A DNA stretch of 63,747 nt, counting the filler, from Octopus bimaculoides (Eukaryota): NCBI RefSeq assembly GCF_001194135.2. It is 4 parts of 4 records of this genome, joined end to end, with 100 filler letters (N's around TTAATTAATTAA, not from the genome) between each part and the next. Parts side by side here need not be neighbours in the genome. Positions count along the whole stretch, not along the records: positions 1 to 15,017 come from NC_068985.1; 3 more parts are not named here. One strand, 5' to 3'. Positions 1 through 11,121 of this stretch are shown piece by piece; the first letter of the stretch is position 1, and every line of letters begins with the position of its first letter. The position numbers and the translations under genes are program-made. The notes below the pieces were generated by a model. The model saw only the letters and a list, made by a program, of their open reading frames with translations. It did not search any database and was not told where the DNA came from.

Positions 1-296
1 TATTGGGTCGACATAAGGCAGGCTCTCTTTCTCCCATTCATTCTCTTTATTAAGCAATCTATCGTAGTGGCATCTCCAGACCTCTTTCTTTGCATCCTCA
101 TTTAATGCAAGCGTACCATCATCCATGCGAACACATTTCTCTCCTACAACATCACTATTCTCTCTCCTACACTGTCTTGCAACCCGAAATACCTCGAGTC
201 TTTGGTCCTCACGGCGCAGAACATTGGCAAATCTTTCCTTATCTGCTTCCCCTCTGGCTAAATAAACCTGTCGCCTAGCCTCCCTTCTGGCACATT
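1..296 (-). mobile_element. RTE-clade LINE fragment (linker between endonuclease and RT)
   Basis: Minus-strand translation ARREARRQVYLARGEADKERFANVLRREDQRLEVFRVARQCRRENSDVVGEKCVRMDDGTLALNEDAKKEVWRCHYDRLLNKENEWEKESLPYVDP resembles the region just upstream of the RT in RTE LINEs. It runs off the window edge. Confidence 0.85.
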
Positions 297-654
297 GGTA
301 ATTCATATTGTAACTTGACACATGGCACAGTGGGGAAACTTTTTAGTGTGGCAGGCAAAAATTTCTAAAGAAAAAGGCCTGCAGGCAGATCACAGGTTCT
401 AACTCTTATATCTGTGTAAATCTTGTATTTATCTTTGTATAAAGCAATATACATTAATAAAGATAAGTTTAAGACATTAAATTAACACATAAAGTTTAAC
501 TGTTTTAAGTCATCATGGAAACGCAACCTAGGTTGCAAATAGGCATACGAGTATCATGTAAAATTTTATAATTGAAAAATTGGCTATATTTTGAACATAC
601 AAATATACCAGCCTATGGGTGCAATTGTGCGCATGGGCGGGAGTTTACCCACCC

Positions 655-970
655 TTGGGTTAGAGCATCAGGCTTACAATCATGAAGTAGTGAGTTTGAT
701 TCCCGGACTGGGCTTTGTATTGCATTCTTGAGCAAGACACTTTATTTTCACATTGCTCCAATTTGCTCAGCTGTAGAAATGAGTTGTGACAGCACTGGTG
801 CCAAGCTGTACTGGCCTTTGTCTTTCCCTTGGAGAATATCAGTGGTGTGAAGAGGGGAGGATGGTATGCATGGGCAACTACTGGTCTTCCATAAACAGCC
901 TTACTCAGACTTGTGTCTCAGAGGATAAATTAAAGGTGCAATCCCATGGTCATTCATGATCAAAAGGGAT
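655..970 (+). mobile_element. tRNA-derived SINE, decayed
   Basis: tRNA-like head (GGTTAGAGCATCAGGCTTACAATCATGAAGTAGTGAGTTTGATTCCCGGACTGGG) followed by CTTGAGCAAGACACTTTATTTTCACATTGCTCC...CAGCTGTAGAAATGAG core typical of SINEs. Confidence 0.6.
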
Positions 971-1084
971 CCAGTCAGTCATTCATTCTGTTCATATTGT
1001 AACTTATTTAAAATCTTTTCTGCCAGTTATGTCTCATACTATTTTAAATTTGCAATGGCGATATCACATGACCGGGTGCTTATG

Positions 1085-1330
1085 GTGTTTGGTGCGCAAT
1101 CATAGAAGTCATAATTTTGATTCTCAGACCATGTTATGTCCTGGAGGAACATGCTTCATTTCACATTTCTTCAATCTGCTCAGCTGTAATAATGAGTACC
1201 AGTTAAAGTGCTGGTGCAATCCTCCCACTTGCAAGGCGTCATATCTTGGATGTTCCACTGGATTAAGGATGAGGAGGCTGAGATGGTGTCTATGTCTATT
1301 CACTACTACACAGACATCTAGGACAATCAG
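1085..1330 (+). mobile_element. Older degenerate SINE (explains ORFs 1029..1403 and 1124..1408)
   Basis: Shares the ATTTCACATT...GCTCAGCTGTAA.AATGAGT core and the GAGGAGGCTG/GATGGT segment with the 655-970 copy. Confidence 0.4.
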
Positions 1331-2164
1331 AGAAGGCATGGTACATGTTACCAAGCCATACTCGCCGATAAGTGACAAGCTGGCTGTACTAAGTTTGCAA
1401 TGAAGCAAAAAAAGTATCTTTGAATTTGACTTGTTACATGAAAACTCGTGATATTACTTATATGAAATTTATCTGTCTCCATAGTTTTCTGGCTGAACTT
1501 TGCTCAGGCTAAAACAAAATGCTGGTACTGACACTGCTTGATGTTAGTAATGAGACTTGTGCATTATGTAATTACAGTAAGCTATTTTAAGAAATGTGCA
1601 ATTTATAAACAAAACTGGGGTGCAGTTAGATGTATCTTTTGAAAAATGGTGCAATTGGTATGGAAAAAAAAAACCCTCTCAGATTCACAAATTTTGTCTT
1701 TATACTATCATTCATTGTTAGACTTAATCATTCTTTCAATTTTGTTGTTGTGCTAGTTATAGAACATTTCATCACAATTAATTGAATTGCCAGGCTATTT
1801 TTTATATTTAAATGGCACTAATTTGCTTGCTGTGAATGCACTACAAAGCACACAAATATTAATTATGTTATCATTTTAGTAACACAAGCTGAAGTTAAAG
1901 TAGCCTTTATTCATGAAAAGTAGGCCAAAGTTGTATCCTCCCTTGGAAACCTGCAGCAATATCAAAAGAAAATAGAATTCATACATGTTAGCACGCCTTA
2001 TGAATTTTAATCACGAGAAAGCAATATTTTAAACACTTTAGTCTTAACAGCACAAGCTGTAATTGAGTGTTTAAATGAAGTTTTGAAAAGTAACAATGAA
2101 GTCAAGGAAAAATGCAAAACTTAAGGAGCATTAGAACACTAAACAGAAAATCTATAATAAATAA

Positions 2165-2365
2165 TGGTTTCAAATTTTGGTACAAGGCCAGCAATTTCTG
2201 GGTGGGGTAAGCTGATTACATTGACCCCAGTGTTCAACTGGTACTTATTTTATTGACCTTGAAAAAATGAAAGGAAAAGTCAAGCTCAACAGAAATTGAA
2301 CACAGAACAAAATGCTGTTAAACATTTTTGTCTGGCATGCTAATTATTCTGCCAGTTTGCTGCCA
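2165..2365 (-). mobile_element. SINE family B (GGCGGCGAGCTGGCAGAATCG... head), CpG-decayed copy
   Basis: Aligns by eye to the copies at 28265, 29362 and 61680 (GGTTTCAAATTTTGGCACAAGGCCAGCAATTT...GACCCCAGTG..CAACTGGTACTTATTTTAT). Confidence 0.75.
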
Positions 2366-3276
2366 CAAAAGTCTATAATAAATAATAACACAAATAAGAA
2401 CACTCGTGTACACTCCTCATTAAGAACTGAATGTTGAATGCATACTCATCATTAAACTGGCAGAGAAACTTTTGAATGACGACTCCTATCTCATTGTAAC
2501 TCTCATATCAATTCTCTTCAACATCACTGACCATATATATATATATATATATAACTCCCAAAATATTTCAAAATCTTGACAAGGCATTTAAAAATAAGCT
2601 GATTTCAATTGTTGCTTGAATACATTTTTGACCCCCTTCCAACAAATTTACTCCTACTTTTTGACCCCAAGAATTCTCTTTTTGCCTCCAGTGAGTGGAG
2701 TGACACGAACTGCCGCCATCGAGAAATACTGATCTAGGACCTCAAGTTTTGTAATCTTCGCTGATCACCATGTTATGCATATTTCTGTTGCAAGTACCTG
2801 AGCATACACAAGTGGACTCATCTTGAAAATTTATTTCTGTTTCAATACAATTACTAGCAGAAAATTTCAAATACTGAACCTATTTATACAAGATACAATT
2901 TTTTGAATGAAGTTTACACCCTCTATATAGTTTATGGAGAGTGGATGGTCACCTAACATCTTGCATACATTAGTGAGGTTTGATTGAAATGTCAAACTAA
3001 ATTGCAAACTGAAAAATATGTCTAAAATGTTGAACATTTTCCACAATGTTGTAAAATGGTTTCAGTAAAAGTTTCTTTTCCTGTAAATTATTTCGAAAGC
3101 AGTTGCTTGAAGAGATATATTTTTGGAGCATTAATATTGATCTCGTAATTAATTACTCAAGAATGCAAATTGAATAAAACGGGAACAGTTTCAGATTAGC
3201 ATATGTTTATGTGGCTTTTATGTTGCACTTAGGTTCCAAACTATTTGATTGTTCATAGAATCTATCCAAATAAGAT

Positions 3277-3829
3277 CAGGTGCGGTCCCAGGAATTTTTC
3301 AAAGGGTGGGCACAAGGTCAGAAGCAGCGCTGGATTAACCATTAAGCAAAATACGCACATGCTTAGGGCATCAAAGGAAGGAGGGGGAGGGCACTACAGA
3401 AATGGTCAATGATTTATGGTACAAAAGAAATCACTTTAAACTTGCTAAAATAATATTCGGGATGCCAGATGTGCTACCTAAGATTAATTTGAGGATGTGA
3501 TTGAAGACTTTACAATTCAAAAAAGTTGGAAGAAACTTTTCAAATATAAAGTGGAAGTATACAAAAATAAACATTATTTTCCCTCTTACTGTTTTGCTTC
3601 ATTTTGAAAAATTAAAATTGATTTTATGGTTTGTTATTGTTTATATTAATCTTTTATGTGGGCACTAAAATCTTATAAGTGCTTAGGGCTTCAGTGGGTC
3701 TTAATCCAGTCCTTGTCAGAAGGGAATACAATTCCAGGAGAAAAGGGCATAGTAACATTATTTAGAAGGGCGCACTTCTTTTCTTGAGGGGGACATGTGC
3801 CCCTCAGTCCCCATCCCGGTCCACTCCTG
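3277..3829. mobile_element. hAT-like MITE (outer), interrupted by a second MITE
   Basis: Imperfect termini CAGGTGCGGTCCCAGG ... CCCGGTCCACTCCTG. No clear TSD. Confidence 0.5.
3325..3714 (+). mobile_element. hAT non-autonomous element with 8-bp TSD
   Basis: TIRs CAGCGCTGGATTAA / TTAATCCAGTCCTT, flanked by a perfect 8-bp TSD GTCAGAAG (3317-3324 and 3715-3722). Internal remnant EDVIEDFTIQKSWKK resembles a hAT transposase C-terminus. Confidence 0.8.
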
Positions 3830-4834
3830 AAGGTGAATATCTAATAAGTTTATTTTTAAAGATTACCAATTTATGAAAGTAAATAGACAATGGCAATAAT
3901 AAGTCAGAAAGGGCAAGCAAACTCTCATATTATCACTGCAACAAGGGACACTCATTTTCTTCTCAAAATACTTTAAGACAACCATTACCACAGATGAACA
4001 CAAGTCTGCATGACATTAGGAAGAGACCTTGAGCTAGAGGTAGATGCCTCATATAAGACATCATTGTTACAGATTCTTTTGTCTCTACATATCATAGATC
4101 AGTGACAGGAGACCTTTTTCCAGAAGCCAGAAGCATGAGACGTAGCTCATCATTAAGCAGGCCATGCCACTAAAAAATTCAAAGTAATGCGTTTGTTAGG
4201 TGTGCCATTCAGAATGTTCCGCAGGCTGCAGGTCTCTTATGAATGTTCTAGATGCTGTGGTAGAGATGGGAGCAAGTATGTTAGCAGATAAACGGAACAA
4301 AATCCTAAAATACTGTAGTTTGATGGCAATTTATATTTTTCAGCTATAGTATTAAAGACGTTCTGGGGTATCAGGTTGCTGACAGAGAATATTTTGTCAT
4401 CGTTTATTTCTCTTCCTAAAGTACTAAGTGATACTCTTGAGGCCTGCTTGGCTCTTCCTTAATCTTGCAATCTCCCGCGGCAATGCCATATTTTGGATTA
4501 CTTTAAAATTTTAGAAGGAAATATCAGTATTCTTTGTTGCTGTATGTAATTAAGAGAGCATGTTTGAGGAACATCTTATGGTGGAAATAACCGAAACGAA
4601 GTTTTTCCTCAGAAAATATGCAAGATATCAATGGAAGTATAGTTAATGTAGATGCGAGTAAATATTTCTTTGAAGACGGGCCACAAATACCACATTGGCT
4701 GCTTTGTAATATGTAACCAGCATTCTGCTGTGCACTAGTTTACTTTGGTTTTTTTTTTTATAAGAAAATAACCTTCATTTTCGACCCCGGAAAACACCTG
4801 CTTTTAACAAAGTAAATACTTCCACTTTCATAAG

Positions 4835-5500
4835 GCCTGGAAATGAGGTACCATTCAGTCACAGGATTCCCAGCGTCAGTGGACATGTCGGTGATCTCGG
4901 AGTCCACTAGATTGGATAGCAGTGATGGCTAACGCCCGGATACGGAGTCCTGTTTTCCGTGCGCCTAGGGTCGCTAGATGGTTCGAAAGGCCACCACTGT
5001 CATCGATACTTATATCAGTGACAGCGGCTTCCCAGATTATATCTCGGAGACTGCGATTCACCTATCTAGTGCAGCGACAAGGGTACAAAGAGGCAAGTGA
5101 CGCATATCTGTACCACCATCAGGCACATATATACCTTTGGATCGGGATCGGTGACAGTGGGAAACCACTAGTATCGGCAGTAAATCGACGACGATGTTCG
5201 TCAACGCTATCGGGAAAAGATAGTTGAAGCCTCCACTTCATCGCTGTGACAGTGAATTGGTTTGGCAATTGCTCATTATAATGCTGTCTGTACGTAGCTA
5301 GCAAGAGAGAAAGAATAAAAAAGAAAAAAATAAAGCCACCATAACAGCTATTTGCTGCTGACACGTAAACCAATTCCTTCCAACCGAGGCTTTTAATAAT
5401 TCAGGACGGAGATAGCCGATGTTTAACGGAAGTTGCCGATTTTCATTTAACGTCATTCTTTTACCTCAATGAAAAGCGCTTCCTGTGTTGACCTTTTTGG
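4835..5500. promoter_or_regulatory. CpG-rich unique block; candidate promoter/first-exon region
   Basis: Roughly 27 CpG in 4861-5260 by manual count, against CpG-poor flanks. ETS-like motifs CGGAAGT (~5427) and CTTCCTGT (~5479). Plus-strand donor TTTG|GTATGT at 5500 and minus-strand acceptor-like tract near 5290-5330. Confidence 0.35.
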
Positions 5501-6203
5501 TATGTGTCGAATTAACTTTTACTTTTAATATGTTTATACTTCTTAAAATTGTACTCAATTTATCTTTTCTGATATATCTTCATTCATTCTATTATTTTAT
5601 ACACCATTCTTAACTTTGTGCTGTTTATAATTCCATTTTTGTAACGCTTGTTCGGCGATGTTCTGATAATGATTATGTTTTATCCACCCATATTTATTTG
5701 CCTTTTTAAACACATATTTCGTCAAATGCATAAATTTCAAATGCATAAATAATTCATTAAAAGGAAAAAAGACCAATAGCATATAATATGGTAATAATTC
5801 TAACTATGACATAACCTTTTTTTATTACGATAGTATTCACTCGTTTTATGTAATATCTTAGATCAGCTGGATTTTGACATTCAAACATCCTCTACTTTTG
5901 ACATGGACATTTTCCTCCTTATATTCTTTTTCTTTTTAAATTGTCTTTAAATCGTAAGACAAAGGATTTATTGAAATGACTAAATTTTTTTACATTATGT
6001 ATGCAAAAATTGCATACATAATGATGGGATTCCGCCAATGTCTGAATTCATGTATTTGTCAAACCCCCTCCCCGCGCGCTTTTAAATTAATAGACACATG
6101 TCTAAAAGTTCTCGTTAATTCAAATAACAAAGAAAAGAAAAAGACAGTCAAAAAATTACATTAGTGTGAAGTTTATACATTTATTTATAACAACTATATA
6201 GAA

Positions 6204-6480
6204 CAGTGGTTTCCAATGTTTAATTGGTATCATTACTCTATCTCCCAACGCTGAGGATAAGCGACTCCTTTATTTTATTCTAACGGAGAAAATATGAATT
6301 CCAGAGCAAAATATGGTACACACTAAGTGCATTTCTCCCTCAAAATTCACTCCGATTTTAGAATATGGACTTTGATATTTTTGTCAATTGTTATTTAAAT
6401 CTAAAATCCTGCGACATCCTTAATTACTGAAGGCTATACAAAACTCGGGGGCGTCGTCGCACACTAGTTGGTAACCACTA
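6204..6480. mobile_element. hAT/Charlie-like MITE
   Basis: Termini CAGTGGTTTCCAA ... TTGGTAACCACTA. Confidence 0.6.
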
Positions 6481-6637
6481 ATGTAAAGTATATATATGGT
6501 TTGATGGAGTTTATTCAGTTAGAGCTTTTTTTCTTCTTTTCGTTGGCGAGGAAGATAACAAGGACCAATTGATCGGATCTTTGTTAGCTTGCTGTTGTGA
6601 ATCCAAACCTTGCTACTGTCAACTTTACACTGTACTG

Positions 6638-6813
6638 AAATGTGATAAAATGATTACAAGTAATGTCCTGGGGGATCAGTTTAATCGTTTGTACACTCCA
6701 GTATATTTGAAGTTATATATATACATGTAGAAAGCAAACTTCAAATATACTGGAGTGTACAGACGATTAAACTGATCCCCCAGAACATTACTTGTAATCA
6801 TTTTATCACATTT
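6638..6813. repeat. Long inverted repeat: 77-bp arms, 22-nt loop, 75/77 complementary
   Basis: 6638-6714 is the reverse complement of 6737-6813 except at C6667/A6784 and T6689/G6762. Confidence 0.97.
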
Positions 6814-6873
6814 TATCACAAAGATAGATACACACACACACATTTAATTGTATACACACTCACACACAGATAG

Positions 6874-6909
<36 letters not shown>

Positions 6910-7282
6910 GTAGAAAGCAAGCTATTATGCCCTGATCAAATCAGAATTGTTAGAGCTATTTGTTATGGCTCTCAACAGAATCTGCAGTTTCGTCAATGGT
7001 GCATCACAAGAATCCATCCTCTTAATCACTCTTTTCAACCTACACCTATACAACTTTTACACACCTTTACAAAAGGCGTGTAAGTACAGACAGTCTCATG
7101 TGCAAATGACATCACACTCGCATCCTCCTACTATTCTCCACATATTGCCACACAACTACTCCAACCTACTTTAATCACCAAGAAATCTGACTCCACATCT
7201 ACCAAAATCACTATCCCATCTCTGATGAGCAACACCAAAGAACATCTGATATAGCCAACTCTCATACACAGTATAAACATAC

Positions 7283-7313
<31 letters not shown>

Positions 7314-7610
7314 GGATGACAAAAGTATGAGGTGTTACATCCAACTCCTCCACAACATTCACAGAAGACATATTAAAAAAGCAAAATGAAGCATATATAT
7401 TTTTAGAGCAATTTGTGCATCAGATTTAGCCAACAGAAACAAACATTAACAATGGTGTGTAAACAATACATTAGCTCTATCACAGACTTTGTCAGTCCTA
7501 CTGGGCCCCAACTCTCTGTACAGCAAAGTACAATAATCTACAATGCATACTATGCATCAGAATTGGTTGTATACAAGCCATGTATGCAATAGAACAAAGA
7601 TTTTTAAATA

Positions 7611-7840
7611 GTGCGTGGCCGTTGCCAGTACCGCCTGACTGGCCTTCGTGCCGGTGGCACGTAAAAGCACCCACTACACTCTTGGAGTGGTTGGCGTTAG
7701 GAAGGGCATCCAGCTGTAGAAACTCTGCCAAATCAGATTGAAGCCTGGTGTAACCATCTGGTTTCACCAGTCCTCAGTCAAATTGTCCAACCCATGCTAG
7801 CATGGAAAGCAGACGTTAAACGACGACGATGATGATGATG
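7611..7840 (+). mobile_element. Repeat family C (RTE-like 3' end with (GAT)n tail)
   Basis: Ends ...CCAACCCATGCTAGCATGGAAAGCAGACGTTAAACGACGACGATGATGATG. The same family occurs in reverse at 10250, 13662 and 14050. Confidence 0.7.
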
Positions 7841-8419
7841 AAAACCATCTGAATGTGTGTGTGACAGTTTGTTGCTGCTCTAAACTTCAATCTGCTCAGT
7901 GCCAGCTTTTACATGGAAAATCACTTCTAAACACCCAAATACTTATACAACACCATAGAGCACAAATACAACTTTCTCAAAATATTATCTCCCACTCAGT
8001 CCAAACAAAAATAAACACATAATTACAGAAATAGCTACAACATCAAATCCTCACTGGCCTAAAACAAATATTGGGTGCAAAGGACACCGATTGTTACATT
8101 CTGGGCATCACTAGAATCTATGGGTGTTCAGGAATAGACTGGGTGGTGAAAAGAGTGCAAAATGTCTAGACTGTCATTGCTGCATTTTGAGACAGAGACA
8201 TGATATAAGTAGAAAGATCTGGGTATTGTTTGTCATTCAGCTGATTACCTGCATGCCATAGGGCTGCTTGATCAAAGCTGATATCTATTAATTTCGCTTA
8301 GAGAATTATGAACCGACTCTGAATAGCTATGCTTGAAAATAGTAATCAATTACAATGGATGTTTTGCATATTACACAAAATTGATATCTTTCTTCTCTTT
8401 GTAAATTAAGCTGTTGGTG

Positions 8420-8815
8420 AAAATTTCCCTCTATCTGAGGATGCTGTAAAGTATATAAGTTCCATTTAAAAATTATACTAAATGGGCAGCTAATGATGAT
8501 TTGTTTTAACTTAAGAAACAGATGCTCATGATGAAACTATTGCTGCAACATTATCATAAGATGGTAGACTTGTGGCATTTTTATCAAGGTCCTTAAATAA
8601 AACTGCAAAAAAAAATTCTTGTGACATTGAAAATGAAACCTTTGCAGTTTTAGAAGCTGTGACAAAATAGATAAATTTCTCCTCAAAACATTTGAATTTA
8701 GCGACAGATCAAAAGTCTGTTTCATTTATGCATGACAAGAAAAATTGCAAAATTTTTAAAATGCTAAAATCTTAAGCTGAAGAATCAAACATCCTCCTTA
8801 GAGTATAAACTATAT
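8420..8815 (+). pseudogene. Ty3/Gypsy pol RNase H remnant
   Basis: From 8515: ETDAHDETIAATLS*DGRLVAFLSRSLNKTAKKNSCDIENETFAVLEAVTK*INFSSKHLNLATDQKSVSFMHDKK. Carries the TDAS, PVAFFSR, EKEA and TDQK-type motifs of Gypsy RNase H, with in-frame stops. Confidence 0.85.
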
Positions 8816-8915
8816 ATCTGGTTCTGAGAATCAGTGGAGCATTTGTTTTGCATTTGTGTTACTACTTCTACAACTATAAATTTAAAATTACAAAATCCCT
8901 AGTACACACTGAACT

Positions 8916-9282
8916 TTATTACCGCCACCTTAGCAAAGGCGGAGGTATTGTTGTCAATTGTGTTTGTTTGTTTGTCTGTGAACAAGATATCTCAAGAACC
9001 ACTGGATGGATTCGGATAAAACTTTCAGAGATGTTTGGCCTTGTGACTGGCACAAATTGGTTCGATTTTGGGATTGATCCAGTACCAGACAAGGATTCTG
9101 GATTATTTTTCCGTTTTTTTTTGTTTTTTTAAATGTTTGTGAGTGGTTGGGTTCATTTTTAGTATTCTTGTTTGTGAGAACAGTTGAGTTTATTTGAGAT
9201 ATTCTCATTTTAAAAATCATCTCCAACACGTTGGTGTTGCCTTGGTGGAGGTTTGCACTCTCCAAGTGCTCTTGTTCTTGTT
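8916..9282 (+). mobile_element. Helentron-type non-autonomous element (HINE/DINE-1-like)
   Basis: 5' TTATTACCGCCACCTTAGCAAAGGCGGAGG subterminal palindrome, (GTTT)n, AAGATATCTCAAGAACCACTGGATGGATTCGGATAAAACTT core, 3' CCTTGGTGGAGG and hairpin GCACTCTCCAAGTGC followed by CTTGTT. Confidence 0.75.
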
Positions 9283-9537
9283 AATACACCTCAACTTACA
9301 TCTGATAGGCCTAACCCTATTGTGGAGAATCCAAAATGTGTGCCACTTTGTGGATCAACACAAATTTTAAACTGGTTGAATGTTTAAATTTATGACTTCT
9401 GTTTTTAATAAACTGAAATTCTAATTTTTTTATTGGTTGCATAATATTACTTTTATAATTGATAACCAATGTGAATTTGGAAACTGAAATGTCAATATTG
9501 CGATTATTTGGAGTAAAAAATAAATAGATAAGTTACC

Positions 9538-9885
9538 GTTTACTTGTCTCAGTCATTAGACTGTGGCCATGCTGGGGCATAACCTTGTAGAAGTTTAGTT
9601 GAATGAACTAACACCAGTTTTTCTCTTTTTTTTTTTCTTTTGCTGAACCACAAAGTTATGGGGACATAAACACACCCAACACCAGTTGTCAAATAGTGGG
9701 GGGAGGGGGACAAATACAGACACGAAAAAACACAGTGGGCTTCTTTCAGTTTCTGTCTACCAAATCCACTCACAAGTGGTCAGCATGAGATTATAATAGA
9801 AGACACTTGCCCAAGGTCCCATGTAGTGGGACTGAACCTAGAACCATGTGGTTAGGAAAAAAACTTCCTACCACACAGCCATGCC
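9538..9885 (-). mobile_element. SINE family A (tRNA head GGCTGTGTGGTAAG...), strongly CpG-decayed
   Basis: Colinear with the copies at 43468 and 46938. Confidence 0.8.
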
Positions 9886-10249
9886 TTCTTCCATCCATGA
9901 TTGTATGGCACAGAGAGAGGCAGATTTTTCTATAGCCAGGTGCCCTTCTTGTCACCAACTCTCAGCTGTTTGCAAGGAAGGTAATATTTCCTCATGGTCT
10001 GACATGTTTTTCACAGAAGACAGAAAATGAATAACGTCACAGGCATGATGATGTTGCTCATTTACAACCATCATGTGATGTCTGGGTAAGGGTATGCATA
10101 GGCACACACTTACATGTATATCGTCATTATCATTTAACCTCCATGTTCCATTCTGGTTTAGGTTGGATGCTTTGACCTTATCCAATGTGTCCAAGGACTG
10201 CATCAAGCTCTGATATCTATATTTGCACAGTTTATATATATATATATCT

Positions 10250-10622
10250 CATCATCATCACCGTTTAACGTCTATTTTCCATGCTGGCATGAGTTTGATG
10301 GTTTGACAGGAGTTGGCCAGCTGAAGATCTGCCCAAGCTCTATATCTGTTTTGGTGTAGTTTCTGTGGCTGGATGTCCTTCCTAATAATGCCAACTGCTT
10401 TACAGAGTCTACCGGTTGCTTTTACACAACACTAGCACAAGTGCATTTATGTGGCACTGGTACAGGTGCTTTTAATGTTCAGTTACCATCTTCCAAATCC
10501 ACTCACAAGGCTTTGGTGAGCCAGGGCCTGTAGCAGATGACACTTGCGCAAGGTGCTGCACAGTGGAACTGAAACCAGGACCATGTAGTTGGGAAGTAAG
10601 CTTCTTAACTGCACAGCCATGT
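10250..10622 (-). mobile_element. Family C 3' fragment plus SINE A head
   Basis: CATCATCATCACCGTTTAACGTC... tail (10250-10470) and CCAAATCCACTCACAAGGCTTTGG...CACAGCCAT head (10495-10622). Confidence 0.7.
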
Positions 10623-11058
10623 CAGTTCCCATAGAAAGGCTCGCAACAGCATCTAATAAAGATCAAACTTGTAACCCCTGGTTTGCAAGACCACTGCACT
10701 AACTACTGAAATTAAAGCACTTGATAAATGATAAAATGATCTACTTAGCTCTGAAAACTGTTATTTTTCTTTGATACTGTATCAGCTATAGCTAGTGACA
10801 TCTCTTAAATTAATTAATAGATGATATCTGGAACTATCTTTATCCCAACAAGAAAAATCTTGTCTTGAAAATCCTTTCACTTATATAATTGTCTTTCTTA
10901 AAAAAATTTTACTTCCATTTCTCTATATTGTAATGGAAAGGTGAGAAATGTTGCATCATTCTAAATTTAGATATTTGTATACCATTAGATATATAGTTTT
11001 TACTATTTTTAACTGCTAACTAGGACATGTCATGTTGTCGGTTTAGGTTCTGTACAGT

Positions 11059-11121
11059 AACATTGTACATTCTATGTTTAACATTGTACACTCTATGTTT
11101 AACATTGTACACTCTATGTTT
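11059..11121. repeat. 21-bp tandem repeat x3
   Basis: AACATTGTACA(T/C)TCTATGTTT repeated three times. Confidence 0.95.

Noticed and set aside
1029-1408. Overlapping 124-aa and 94-aa ORFs
   Set aside because: They overlap a degenerate SINE and have no recognisable domain.
4200-4235. CHSECSAGC, resembling a furin-like Cys-rich repeat of receptor kinases
   Set aside because: The downstream Cys spacing does not continue in frame.
9310-9319. CCTAACCCTA, a telomerase-template-like 10-mer
   Set aside because: A single short match is plausible by chance, and no structured telomerase-RNA-like context is evident.
10635-10710. ERLATASNKDQT, WD40-like peptide with a flanking AG
   Set aside because: It overlaps a reverse-strand tRNA-like SINE head remnant and has no WD continuation.
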